Shown here: positions 39,510-49,500 of the stretch, piece after piece
Numbering within the stretch: position 1 is the first letter of the stretch
Layout: each line of letters begins with the position of its first letter
IMG/VR virus record: IMGVR_UViG_3300042261_001452
Coordinates: 1-64,000 of that record
Length of the DNA: 64,000 nt
Source: a virus
Direction: 5' to 3' (one strand)
Program-made: the position numbers and the translations under genes
Notes under the pieces: generated by a model
The model's input: only the letters and a program-made list of their open reading frames with translations
Database searches by the model: none
What the model was told of the DNA's origin: nothing

Positions 39510-42500
39510 TCAAGAATTAGCAGGCGAATTATTTTGATTCTTTTCTGCCTGAGCAACTTGATTTTGGAAATACATTTGTTTTTGCATTACAGTCTTAACA
39601 ATCTTTTGTATTACTTGAGGCATTCTTTTATCTACATCTGTATCCCAAAATCTTACTGTAGTCCAGCCTTGTTGAGCCAATAACTTATCTCTTTCTTGAT
39701 CTTTAGCCTTTTGCTTAGGAGCAGTATGGAAGATTTCTCCATCTACTTCTACTGCAACCTTAAGTTGAGGGAAAGCAAAGTCAATAACATATTCTTCCCC
39801 ATTAGCTTGCACTCTATATTGAGGAACAATTACTAAATTTCCTAATAGTCCATCATTTTGAGCTTGTTTAAGAGGGCCTATTAATTTTCTTTCTGCTCCA
39901 GTAAAGGCAATTCTTCCCTTTTCATCTCTTATTTGTCCATCTGTGCCTTTTTCATATGAAATTTCACTTGCCTTTGTTTCATGTCTTTGTTGTCTCATTT
40001 GATCACTAAGAAATTTGGCTCTTGTCTTTTGTTTTAGAATTTTTCCACCAAATTGACCCGGATCAGCTACTTCAGCAGTAACAGAAGATGCCTTTGAAAT
40101 TGGAGGCCCACCTACACCACCGCCAACAGGTTCAGATGGTGCGCCCATATCTCCACCGGGGGCTATTGGGGGTTCTCCGCCTCCGCCTCCGCCTCCTCCA
40201 CCGCCACCACCAAGCATTGCGCCTAATCCTCCTAATCCACCGCCCCCTCCACCGGAACCGCCTGCTTCTCCTTGTTGACCTTGACCCAATGCCATCATTT
40301 GTAGTGAGTCATATTTCTTTCTCTCAATTTCCTGATCTGGATCAAAATCAAAGGCTTCCAATACTGTTTGAGCACTTAATAATCCTTTCTCATATAATTG
40401 AATTACAAATTGTCTATATTGTTGTTGATCTCTTAAATGCATTGAATTCCATTTAATTTTAGGAACAATATATTCTATCTCTTCCCCTTCATCATCCTCG
40501 TCAATAAATCCTTGTCTTTTAGCTTCTGGAATATAAATTGATTCCATCAGCCAAGAAGTAATACTCTCTCTAAATGTAGTTAATCTTTGAATCATTGCTT
40601 CAATACCAACTGCTGCTGCGCTATTCCCATGAACGCCAAATAAGCCATTTCTTTCAGTAATTATAAAATGGTTTGGAACTTCGACACACCAAACCTTACC
40701 TACATAATCTTCATCAAAAATAACTTGTTTGCTAGTTTGTGACTCAGTAGCCATATCTCTAGAAGTTAGCGTTGGAAATCTTCCAATATTTTCTTTGTCA
40801 GACCAGCTTATCGTATATTGCGTTTGTAGATTTGGACTATCAAACATAATCTTAGTAAATCTTGGACTATATCCTAATTTAAGCAATATTTCTATTACGT
40901 CATCTCGTAATTGTGTTGAAACGGTTGTATAGCTATAACATTTTTTATCTGTTGGCTTTTTCTTTGTTGCATCTCTTTCGCTGCCATCTCCATCTACCAA
41001 CGCCTCTAGTAAAATAGCTAGATTTTTAGAATCCATATTTTTTAATTCATATGGAAGACACTTCGTATTTGCTTTATCTCCAGTATTATTTGCTAAATAT
41101 TGAACAAGTTCTCTATTCATAGAATTTGAAATAATAAAAGCATCAAGATTAGATGGAAGAGTATGAAAAATATTATTAGCCTCTAAAGTATTTTTCATTT
41201 TAGCATATGTAATTCTATTAGCTGTAGAACTTTGAGCGATTCCTATTGAATAAATGTTGCCAGTATTTGCATCTTTTATTTTCCATCCTTCACTAACATA
41301 CCATCCAACAATTTTTAAGAAATCAGGAGTCTTTATCCCAAAATATTCTCCTTTATCTTCCGTTGTTCCATTCCATTTATCAACACAAGCTCTAAATCTA
41401 TAGCGATTTTTAACTTTTGAAGCATCCATTACTTGCCAATTGCCATATTCTTCTTTTTTAAATGAAATTTTTCTAGGAGCGCAGAGCATCTTATGGTTTG
41501 GAGTAACTAACATATCGATTCTCTTGGTCAAAAAATGTTTCATCGGAGCATCTTTTCCATCAACAGAATTATAATTATATTCCCACTTTTTGATAGCCTT
41601 TTGATATTCTAATGCTCCTGTTTCCTTATTAAAAGTAGCTATTAGATCTTTTTCAATATCTAATTCTGACCTATACTTTAATCCATTGTTAGTTAATATT
41701 CTGGAATCATCTGACAGGCAAAAATTAGGGCCTTCGCCGTTTAATAATGCATTATTAATCATCATACCATCAAGTATTTCTTGATTAATAAATTCAAACT
41801 CATTATTTAATGTTAAGATTTTTCCAGAAGCGCCAACGAAGTCGATATCAAATGCATGGTGAGTAATAATTGCAAGATTAGGATCATTGGCTGTTGCAGC
41901 TACGCTTGCCTGAACTGCTGCAATATCGGCTGGGCCAGCAGGACGTTCATCACTACCTACTTTAACTAATTTAATAGGAACTATTAATCTTTCAGCAACA
42001 ATCCATTGAGCAACCATTAATTTTGTCTTATAAGAAAGAGTAGGAAATAATCTTCTTACCATACCAATTCCATATTTTTCATATCCACATTCGCCATATT
42101 TAAGGTGAGAAACATTGCGATTATCAAGTCTAATAGGTTGGCCACTAGCAATTAATTTAATTACTTCAGGTGATAATTTTTCATATCCGGGAATTTTCCT
42201 TGATACCATATTTATTAGTTCTTCATCTGGTCTTAAGGCAATTATTGGCTCTGGATTAAGTGGATTGGTTAGTACCTCTACATAGTCTGGATTTAAAATA
42301 ATTAGTCTTTTTACAGTTCCACCATTATGTTCGCAAATATCAGTTCCAATTCTTCCAGACCCATTACATTCTGGGCAAGATATTTCTACCATTGGGAAAC
42401 AATCTCCAAGAAGATGAACTTCATGGCTAATTAATCGGCACCAGTACGGTAGTTTTAATCTTATTTTAAGTTTATCAAAGTGTTTTTTAATCTTTTGATC

Positions 42501-43877
42501 TCTGCATTCATGCTCCCAATTACTCATTGGAAATAAAGAATAAAAGTCAATAGAAGAACCAACTTTAGGTTCATTTTGATAAAAGAATCTACAGTTAGAA
42601 ACTTTAAAACCTGATAGAGTATAAGATCTTTCAGGATCTATTTGCATATCATAGCCAACTCCAGAATATAGGAATTTCTTTATTTCCTTGATTGGCTGGC
42701 AAAAGTATTTTATTCCATTTTGCTCTTTAAAGAATTTAAGTTCTTGTTTTTCTTGTTTTGAATTTATCGAAATATTTTCTGGAATTCTTTCAGTCTGCAT
42801 ATATTTTTTAAATTTGCCAATATCTGCATATGAAACAGAAATCAAGTGCATGCTATCCTTGCAAGTTATATTTGCCTTTATTCCACAGCGGATCAACATC
42901 CACCAAATTTGGTCTGAAATATCTTTAGAATAACTAGTTGCATTTAGAGTATTTTCTTTGAAATCATAATATCCATCACAATCAAAATATCCCGCCAAGA
43001 CATTAAGAATTTCTTTTTCTGATAGATTAAAAATATTCTTAGTAAATTTCTTTTTGCTGGTTTGTCCAACAATATAGTTTCTAAACTGAGAATGAGTAAT
43101 GGTAGTCTTATTCTTTTTTATTAAAATAGATGTGAAAGTAGGTAGGTCATAGACAGATGAAATACTAGCTATTTTTGAAATACATAATCCTAATAGCCAT
43201 GCTTTACTATTTCCAATTGTCTCTTGGTTATTAAACGGAACACAAGGAGTTAATAGATAGTCATTAAAAGAGACATCCTTCGCTTGTTTTTTCACAATCG
43301 AATTAACTTTCTTGTCAAAAACAAATATATTGTGTTCTTCTGTTACTGAAAAATGATTACAGTGTTCGATTGCAGAAAACTTATATGATTCTTTATCTTT
43401 ACAAATTCTTTCTCCCCATTTTACAGGCTTTCTAATATTTCCATCTCCTGAAAGGATAGAAGGAGAAATAGGATCTTCATATAATATTCCATTAGTGATA
43501 GAGTCTTCGGAGATATTTCCAGATACTTCAAAGCTTTCAATATTTTGATAAGTATAGTCTTCTGCTAGAATTTGCCCACTTATTACCATCCATTGATAAA
43601 TTTCAAGTCTCTTACTTGGAATTTGCCAGTTAATATTTGTATGAACTGGAGAGAAGAAAGAAGGTTGACCATAAATAGTTCCACCACCTCCAGCAGAAGC
43701 AGTTCTCATATTTCCCCCAACATTTATGAATGCTGAAGGTGCATAATTGCTTCTAGGAATAGGTTTATAACCCGGATTCTCTGGAACGATAGTATTTTGA
43801 ACTCTTAATGGATCTCTATTTCTTAAGGCTTGAAATGTTTCAGATAAATTAGTAGTTTGAATGAGTGGGTCCGCCAT
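39510..43877 (-). CDS. portal protein with two inteins and C-terminal DUF559-like endonuclease
   Basis: Exteins QW|CRFFYQNEP, LNPDYVEV, PIKLVKVG, LLNGEGPNF|SAA; C-terminal IDFA..VAVEVDGEIFH..DQERD..GW..RFW. Confidence 0.85.
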   Translation of the reverse strand: MADPLIQTTNLSETFQALRNRDPLRVQNTIVPENPGYKPIPRSNYAPSAFINVGGNMRTASAGGGGTIYGQPSFFSPVHTNINWQIPSKRLEIYQWMVISGQILAEDYTYQNIESFEVSGNISEDSITNGILYEDPISPSILSGDGNIRKPVKWGERICKDKESYKFSAIEHCNHFSVTEEHNIFVFDKKVNSIVKKQAKDVSFNDYLLTPCVPFNNQETIGNSKAWLLGLCISKIASISSVYDLPTFTSILIKKNKTTITHSQFRNYIVGQTSKKKFTKNIFNLSEKEILNVLAGYFDCDGYYDFKENTLNATSYSKDISDQIWWMLIRCGIKANITCKDSMHLISVSYADIGKFKKYMQTERIPENISINSKQEKQELKFFKEQNGIKYFCQPIKEIKKFLYSGVGYDMQIDPERSYTLSGFKVSNCRFFYQNEPKVGSSIDFYSLFPMSNWEHECRDQKIKKHFDKLKIRLKLPYWCRLISHEVHLLGDCFPMVEISCPECNGSGRIGTDICEHNGGTVKRLIILNPDYVEVLTNPLNPEPIIALRPDEELINMVSRKIPGYEKLSPEVIKLIASGQPIRLDNRNVSHLKYGECGYEKYGIGMVRRLFPTLSYKTKLMVAQWIVAERLIVPIKLVKVGSDERPAGPADIAAVQASVAATANDPNLAIITHHAFDIDFVGASGKILTLNNEFEFINQEILDGMMINNALLNGEGPNFCLSDDSRILTNNGLKYRSELDIEKDLIATFNKETGALEYQKAIKKWEYNYNSVDGKDAPMKHFLTKRIDMLVTPNHKMLCAPRKISFKKEEYGNWQVMDASKVKNRYRFRACVDKWNGTTEDKGEYFGIKTPDFLKIVGWYVSEGWKIKDANTGNIYSIGIAQSSTANRITYAKMKNTLEANNIFHTLPSNLDAFIISNSMNRELVQYLANNTGDKANTKCLPYELKNMDSKNLAILLEALVDGDGSERDATKKKPTDKKCYSYTTVSTQLRDDVIEILLKLGYSPRFTKIMFDSPNLQTQYTISWSDKENIGRFPTLTSRDMATESQTSKQVIFDEDYVGKVWCVEVPNHFIITERNGLFGVHGNSAAAVGIEAMIQRLTTFRESITSWLMESIYIPEAKRQGFIDEDDEGEEIEYIVPKIKWNSMHLRDQQQYRQFVIQLYEKGLLSAQTVLEAFDFDPDQEIERKKYDSLQMMALGQGQQGEAGGSGGGGGGLGGLGAMLGGGGGGGGGGGGEPPIAPGGDMGAPSEPVGGGVGGPPISKASSVTAEVADPGQFGGKILKQKTRAKFLSDQMRQQRHETKASEISYEKGTDGQIRDEKGRIAFTGAERKLIGPLKQAQNDGLLGNLVIVPQYRVQANGEEYVIDFAFPQLKVAVEVDGEIFHTAPKQKAKDQERDKLLAQQGWTTVRFWDTDVDKRMPQVIQKIVKTVMQKQMYFQNQVAQAEKNQNNSPANS
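40623..41720 (-). mobile_element. intein 2 (366 aa) with LAGLIDADG endonuclease
   Basis: CLSDDSRIL, VTPNH, VGWYVSEG, LEALVDGDG, VWCVEVPN, HGN|S. Confidence 0.9.
42594..43589 (-). mobile_element. intein 1 (332 aa, Met1, SN/C) with degenerate LAGLIDADG
   Basis: Block A-like MVISGQILAEDY..IE, block B VTEEH, block F YDMQI, end KVSN|C; LAGYFDCDG. Confidence 0.8.
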
Positions 43878-43940
43878 ACATAGATCTCCTCTATAATTTA
43901 TTTCTATTATACAATTTATCTTACTTGTATTATCACTTTA

Positions 43941-45536
43941 TTATATATTCTTTTCTGAAACATTATCCTCTGAGACATCAGTTACATTAAAGTTTTCTTC
44001 TGGATTTATAGCTACAGCAGGAGTTGCAGGATTATTTGCAATATTTGTTTCATTTAATCCCAATGAATCTGCCGCTTCTTGAATTCTATTTCCATCCCCA
44101 ATAGGTTCAGCCACAATACGTTGCCAATTAGGAACCTTTAAAACTTTATCTTCAAATTGAACTCTTAATTCTGATTTAGAAGAAGATGTATCAAATCCTT
44201 TTGCGATACTAATGGTTGAATTAGGAGGAATTACAAAAGGCTCATTATTCTCTGTTAATGCCTTGACTGTCTCAGGAACAAACCAAGTGTCAGAAACACT
44301 AATGGAAGTTCCTAAGGTGGTGGCTGTAGCAAAGCTATACATTAGTCCTTCGTGTCTATCTCTTAGTTTCTTAGCTTCCTTATAAACTTGAGCAACCTTT
44401 AAGATAGTAGTATTATAATGTTTTGCAGTTGCTTCTAGCATTGTTGAAAAATCAATGCCTGCCTCTGACATATCTAAAACATCCTTAAAGATATTATAAA
44501 CATTATCATTATGTCTATTTTCTTGACTTACATGAGAAGCTATTTTAATTGTCTTATTAGCAGAAGCATTTACAGTAATATCAGAAGTTTTATTGCCTCT
44601 TGCTTCTTCTAATCTTCTTTCAGTAGAATATTGATGAGGTCTTGGGAGTCTTGTTCTCTCGCCGGGGATTAATCCCATTTGATTTCCACCATCTCTAGGA
44701 GCATCGGGATTATCAGGTGTTCCAGCATCAGGGAATACATAGAATCTATCGTTAATATATCCACCAACCCATTTGCCTTCTTTATTCATATATTCGGTTG
44801 TAAATTTATCCATGACATACATACGCCAAATAGCTTCACCACTATATACTCTAGTTGGATCTTCATCAAACTTAATATCATCAGTATAATAATGGGTAAA
44901 ATTATAGAATTTATCTCTGTCAATTCTCCAAGGAGTTCCCTCATTAAATCCATCTACTGTTCTATTCCATTTGTTTCTCATTCCTCTTACCCATCCATTT
45001 CTTTGTCTTGAGGTGCTTTGAGCCATTTTTACATTTGTATCAACATTATTGCCTTTTTGCATAGCAATTTCCATTTCATTTGATAAGTCAATTAAATGAG
45101 CATTACCATGATCACTAATAACAAAGACATTAGGATAAAATTCATCTTCTATCATTTTTTTACATAGTTGTAATCTTGTTCCAGTTACATATAGTCTTCC
45201 GTATTGATACCAATGAATATCATCTTGGGTGGAAATATCTCCTGCATTATGATCATATTCATCATCTCCTGCCTCTTGATCATATTCATCTGAGCCAAGT
45301 TCTTGAGCAACCTTAACTGTTTTCTTAAGACTATTTGCCAATACCCCAAAAAGAATAGTAGAAACCTTATCAGCTTCTTCATCTTCTTTTGTTTCAAATA
45401 TTTGTCTACAAGTATCTTTAACTCTCTGTTGATCGATTGGATTAACAATATTGACAAGCATAGAAGCTGCCTCATCTTTAGTCTTTCTGGATTTTATCCA
45501 ACCCTTTAGATCATCTGGACTAGTAAAAAATTCCAT
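43941..45536 (-). CDS. hypothetical modular head protein
   Basis: Segments bounded by VKVAQ, VKMAQ, IKIAS. Confidence 0.6.
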   Translation of the reverse strand: MEFFTSPDDLKGWIKSRKTKDEAASMLVNIVNPIDQQRVKDTCRQIFETKEDEEADKVSTILFGVLANSLKKTVKVAQELGSDEYDQEAGDDEYDHNAGDISTQDDIHWYQYGRLYVTGTRLQLCKKMIEDEFYPNVFVISDHGNAHLIDLSNEMEIAMQKGNNVDTNVKMAQSTSRQRNGWVRGMRNKWNRTVDGFNEGTPWRIDRDKFYNFTHYYTDDIKFDEDPTRVYSGEAIWRMYVMDKFTTEYMNKEGKWVGGYINDRFYVFPDAGTPDNPDAPRDGGNQMGLIPGERTRLPRPHQYSTERRLEEARGNKTSDITVNASANKTIKIASHVSQENRHNDNVYNIFKDVLDMSEAGIDFSTMLEATAKHYNTTILKVAQVYKEAKKLRDRHEGLMYSFATATTLGTSISVSDTWFVPETVKALTENNEPFVIPPNSTISIAKGFDTSSSKSELRVQFEDKVLKVPNWQRIVAEPIGDGNRIQEAADSLGLNETNIANNPATPAVAINPEENFNVTDVSEDNVSEKNI

Positions 45537-45537
45537 C

Positions 45538-46527
45538 TTATTTCCCCTTTAGTTTTTTTTCTAGTTCTTTAGCCAATATACTAGAAACAGTTCTTGTTGC
45601 CTCTCTACTCATTTGCATAGGATCATCTTCTAATCTTTCTCTTTGAATAGATTTCTTATACTGTTGGCTTTGTTCCTTTAACATTTCGCCAGCAGTCTTA
45701 TCGGGAATCATATTCTTATCAAATCTTGAAGATATTCTTTCTGACATTGGTGAATTTAATCCATTTTGAGCATTTAATGATTCTGTTGGAAATACTAATC
45801 CCTTAGGAATAATATCTCGATGAATCATATTATTGATCATTTCAGTCTCTTGGCTTAGACGTTCTTTTTGTCTTGCTTGTTCTCTTTCAGCTTTTTCCAT
45901 CTTAAGTCTAATGCTAGTATCTTGTTCGCTACTTTCTACTAAGTTTTTAATAGCATCTGGATTAGTTATGCTATTCTGATTTTTAGCAGGATTAGTATCT
46001 GAATTAAGATTATAATTTTCTCCTCCTCTAACTGGAACAATAGCTTTATTTACTAGACTTGGAGCTTCTTTCATCTTGGCTTCTTTTGAAATTATCTGCC
46101 ATTTTTGCTTTGGCTCCTCAGAAGCGAACTTTTTATCTAAATTAAAAGGATCGCCTAATGCATTCTTAAGTTGATCTACTTTACCATTATCCTTTGATGC
46201 TATTTTAATCATAGTTTCTCCCATATTTGCTGTTTTTGTAGTAATATTAGCACATCTAAAATTCTTTTGAGATAGCCCACAAGCAAGGGCATACTCTTTA
46301 AGATGATTTATTACTTCTTTATCCCAAGATGAATTATACCAATAAGATTCATTTTTAGATGCACAAATTTCTATTTTGTCACATTCTTTAGCAATAACTT
46401 CTTCTGTTATAGAACTAGCCAAGGTTGTATTAACCATTGGAGAAATATTTTCTATTTCAAGACTAGCTGTAGCATTAATTGGCCATGCTGGTGCTTTTTG
46501 TTCATTAGCCATTTTAAATATTGTCAT
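45538..46527 (-). CDS. hypothetical protein
   Basis: MTIFKMA leader; TKTAN, IKIAS. Confidence 0.6.
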   Translation of the reverse strand: MTIFKMANEQKAPAWPINATASLEIENISPMVNTTLASSITEEVIAKECDKIEICASKNESYWYNSSWDKEVINHLKEYALACGLSQKNFRCANITTKTANMGETMIKIASKDNGKVDQLKNALGDPFNLDKKFASEEPKQKWQIISKEAKMKEAPSLVNKAIVPVRGGENYNLNSDTNPAKNQNSITNPDAIKNLVESSEQDTSIRLKMEKAEREQARQKERLSQETEMINNMIHRDIIPKGLVFPTESLNAQNGLNSPMSERISSRFDKNMIPDKTAGEMLKEQSQQYKKSIQRERLEDDPMQMSREATRTVSSILAKELEKKLKGK

Positions 46528-46530
46528 ATT

Positions 46531-49500
46531 TTATTTCCTTTGCTTATTTTGTATTTGCTCTGATTCTGTCATATCAAATAATTCTACTGGGGCAACCATG
46601 CATTGTCCATTCCAGAACATTCCTACACCTACATCTTCTAGTTTATCAAAGGCTTTTGAATCCTTAGCTTTTTTATCAGCATCTAGTCTTCTTATTATCT
46701 CTCTAAACTCCTCAGCCTTCTCAGGTGACAATTGTTGATTATTTTTTAATTCATTATCAAGTTTCTTTAGGCCCTTATCAGCTATTGTATTATTATAAGC
46801 AACAACCAACTTATCATCTTGTATAATTCCTTTATTCTTTAAGAAGCTATATAGATAATCAGTTGATGTCGTTGCCCGAGCTACATTATCAGTGGATTGA
46901 TTCTGTAAATTGGGTTTATTTTCCTGCTTTTTAACCTTTGTCTTATCAGTCTCTTCTCCCTTTTTAGGTTTTTCTGGAGTCTTAGCTGGAGGAGTTATTT
47001 TTTCTTGAGTGGTTTCTGCGGTTGGCTCTTCTTGATCCTCCTTCATTCCTTCATCCTTAAGATCTTGCATTGTCTTAGTTTTCTTAACAGGAACTCTTTC
47101 AAGTTTTGTCTTTGTGGGATCGTTAGGATCAGGGACTTCTATAGTAACCACTCCATATTGATCTTCCTCTTCCTCTTCTTTTTTCAGAGGGGCTTTACCA
47201 TCAACAAGTTCTTGTAACTCTTTTGGCAAACGATAAACTTTTCTCATTACTGGATTTTTAGGATCTTTTTGAACTACTGTTGGATCTGGAACCATAACTT
47301 CTTCCAATGGTTTAGAAGCTAATAGTTCTGAAGTTTCTTTATGAATCTTTGTAGCATAGTCTCCAACACCTAGTTTATCCTTGCCTTCTCTATCTACTAG
47401 TGATTCATTGATTGCCCCTAATAGGTTTTCAGTTGTAAAAGGAAGTCCCATCATAGGAGTTTTTACTCCTCTCTTTAAGCTATCTTGCCATTGTGCATAA
47501 GAATCATATTCCTTGAACATCATTTCTACTAAGTTTACAATTGAACGAACACCTAAGTGTTTACCTACTAGAGCTTTAGCAATTGCATCAACATCTACTT
47601 TGTTTTCTCTTAGGATATTTCTAATAACATCCCATCTTTGCTTAGGAGTATTGCCAAAGCTAGGTTGTGATAGCCAAGGATGATTAGGTCTAGCTTGTTC
47701 TTCATCATCAATGCATTCATTTAAGAATCTAACAAATTCTGAAGGATCATCTGGAGGTAGAACTTCCATTTGTCCCATCTGTCCTCTATTTTTTAGAGCG
47801 TTATCGAGATTTGCGACATTATTAGTGGTCATAATGACGAAGATATTTCTATTGATTAATAATTCTTGATTATCTCTTTCAAAGAATTGTAAGAATTTCT
47901 TTACTTGTTCTTTTGTTGTTTCATGAGTTTCTTGAGCGGCACCACCACCTCCGCCTCCACTAGTGCCTTGAGATAACATTCTGTCAATTTCGTCAAAGAT
48001 ATATATGCAGTTTCTAGAATCTGCAATATGTTCAATTAATAGATCGGTAAGTCTTCCTGTTTCTCCTAGCCATTTATTCTTTGTCTGTTCAACATTTACA
48101 GAATATAAAGAAATAGGCTCGCCAACTGTTTGAATAATATCTGCTAGAGCTTCCCCCCAAACAGTTTTACCAACTCCCGGTTTACCATATAGAATTGTAA
48201 AGTGAGGAATAGCAGTTTGCAGGAAAATAGAAGCCTGAGCTTTTAAATCTTTCCACATTCTATTGCTAGCAACAATTTCTTGACTATACATCTCTTTTGT
48301 TGCTTTATCTTTTGCAGAATCCCTTAATCTAGTTAATTCTTTAATCTTTTTAGCTATCTTGCTCATTTCTTCCCCATTTTCACTCAAAATGAGAAGTTTT
48401 GTCTTAATTTCCTCCATCTTTTCACCCCATCCACCTTTCTTATTATAGATGAATGATTTAAATTTAACTCTTGGAGTTTTGGCAACAATACCCATCGTCT
48501 GGCCTTTGCGCTCATTTGTTTCTTTAACTAGATTTTCTTTGGCGGTATCTGCATCAAAATAAATGCCCATTCTTTGACCTTGTTCATCATAAAGGGTTTC
48601 ATTTAATCCATGAAGATTTTCACTTATAGTTTTATTTACTAGATCAATTGCATCTTTTTGACTTAATCCAATAATTGCATTAACTAAAGCATTTACCACA
48701 TCTTTAGATTGAGAATCTATTGTCCCTTTACTTCTTTCTTTTTCAAATTCTGTCTTTGCCTTTTCGAGTTCACTAACAAGAGTATTTGGATCATCTTCAT
48801 ACTCTTCTTCCAACTCTTCTTGTTTTCTATAAAGTCTTGCATCAACCATTTTATTAATAAATGGCCCCATCATATGCCTAACAATAATTCTTGCCTCTTC
48901 ATCGGTAACTGGGAATGCTGCTAAGTCTGCATATTTGGCACCTTCAATTTTAATCTTTTCATTGGATATAAAAACAATTCTTCTTCCATCTGGAATTGAT
49001 TTGCCTTCAATAGCTTTAAGATCTCTCGCGGCACAAGTATCAAAGAAGTCACTAAATCTTTTTTGATCTTGTAGCTGATATCTATAGCCTTGGCCTTCAT
49101 CTTTCTTGTCGGATCTATTGCTATCAAATGGTTGAATGACAGCACATCTATCCATATTTTGAAGAACCATTGTCTTGCCATGAGAACTTGCTTTAGCATT
49201 AAACTTTCTCATTTCTTCTTGTATGTTGCTTTGTTTAGCTAGAATTAGTCTAATTGTCTGAGAAGGATCTTCTTGCCCTTGCGGATTTTTAATTTTAGCT
49301 GTTAAAATTCCTAAAATATTATTTTTAATGCCAATTAACTCTTCGTCTGTAGTTTGATATTCTTCTAATTTTGTACTTAGTATTTCTAGACTTCTATTAA
49401 AATCTGCTATGATAGATTCTTGACTTTGAGATCTATTTGCTCTATCTATTTGTCCACGAAAATCTTTATAAGATTCATTAAGCCATTTTAATGGATTCCA

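Noticed and set aside
40090-40290. GC-rich island or foreign insertion
   Set aside because: Explained by Gly/Pro codons of the portal linker
42594-43589. Class 3 intein
   Set aside because: F4 is Asp rather than Cys and the WCT signature is absent
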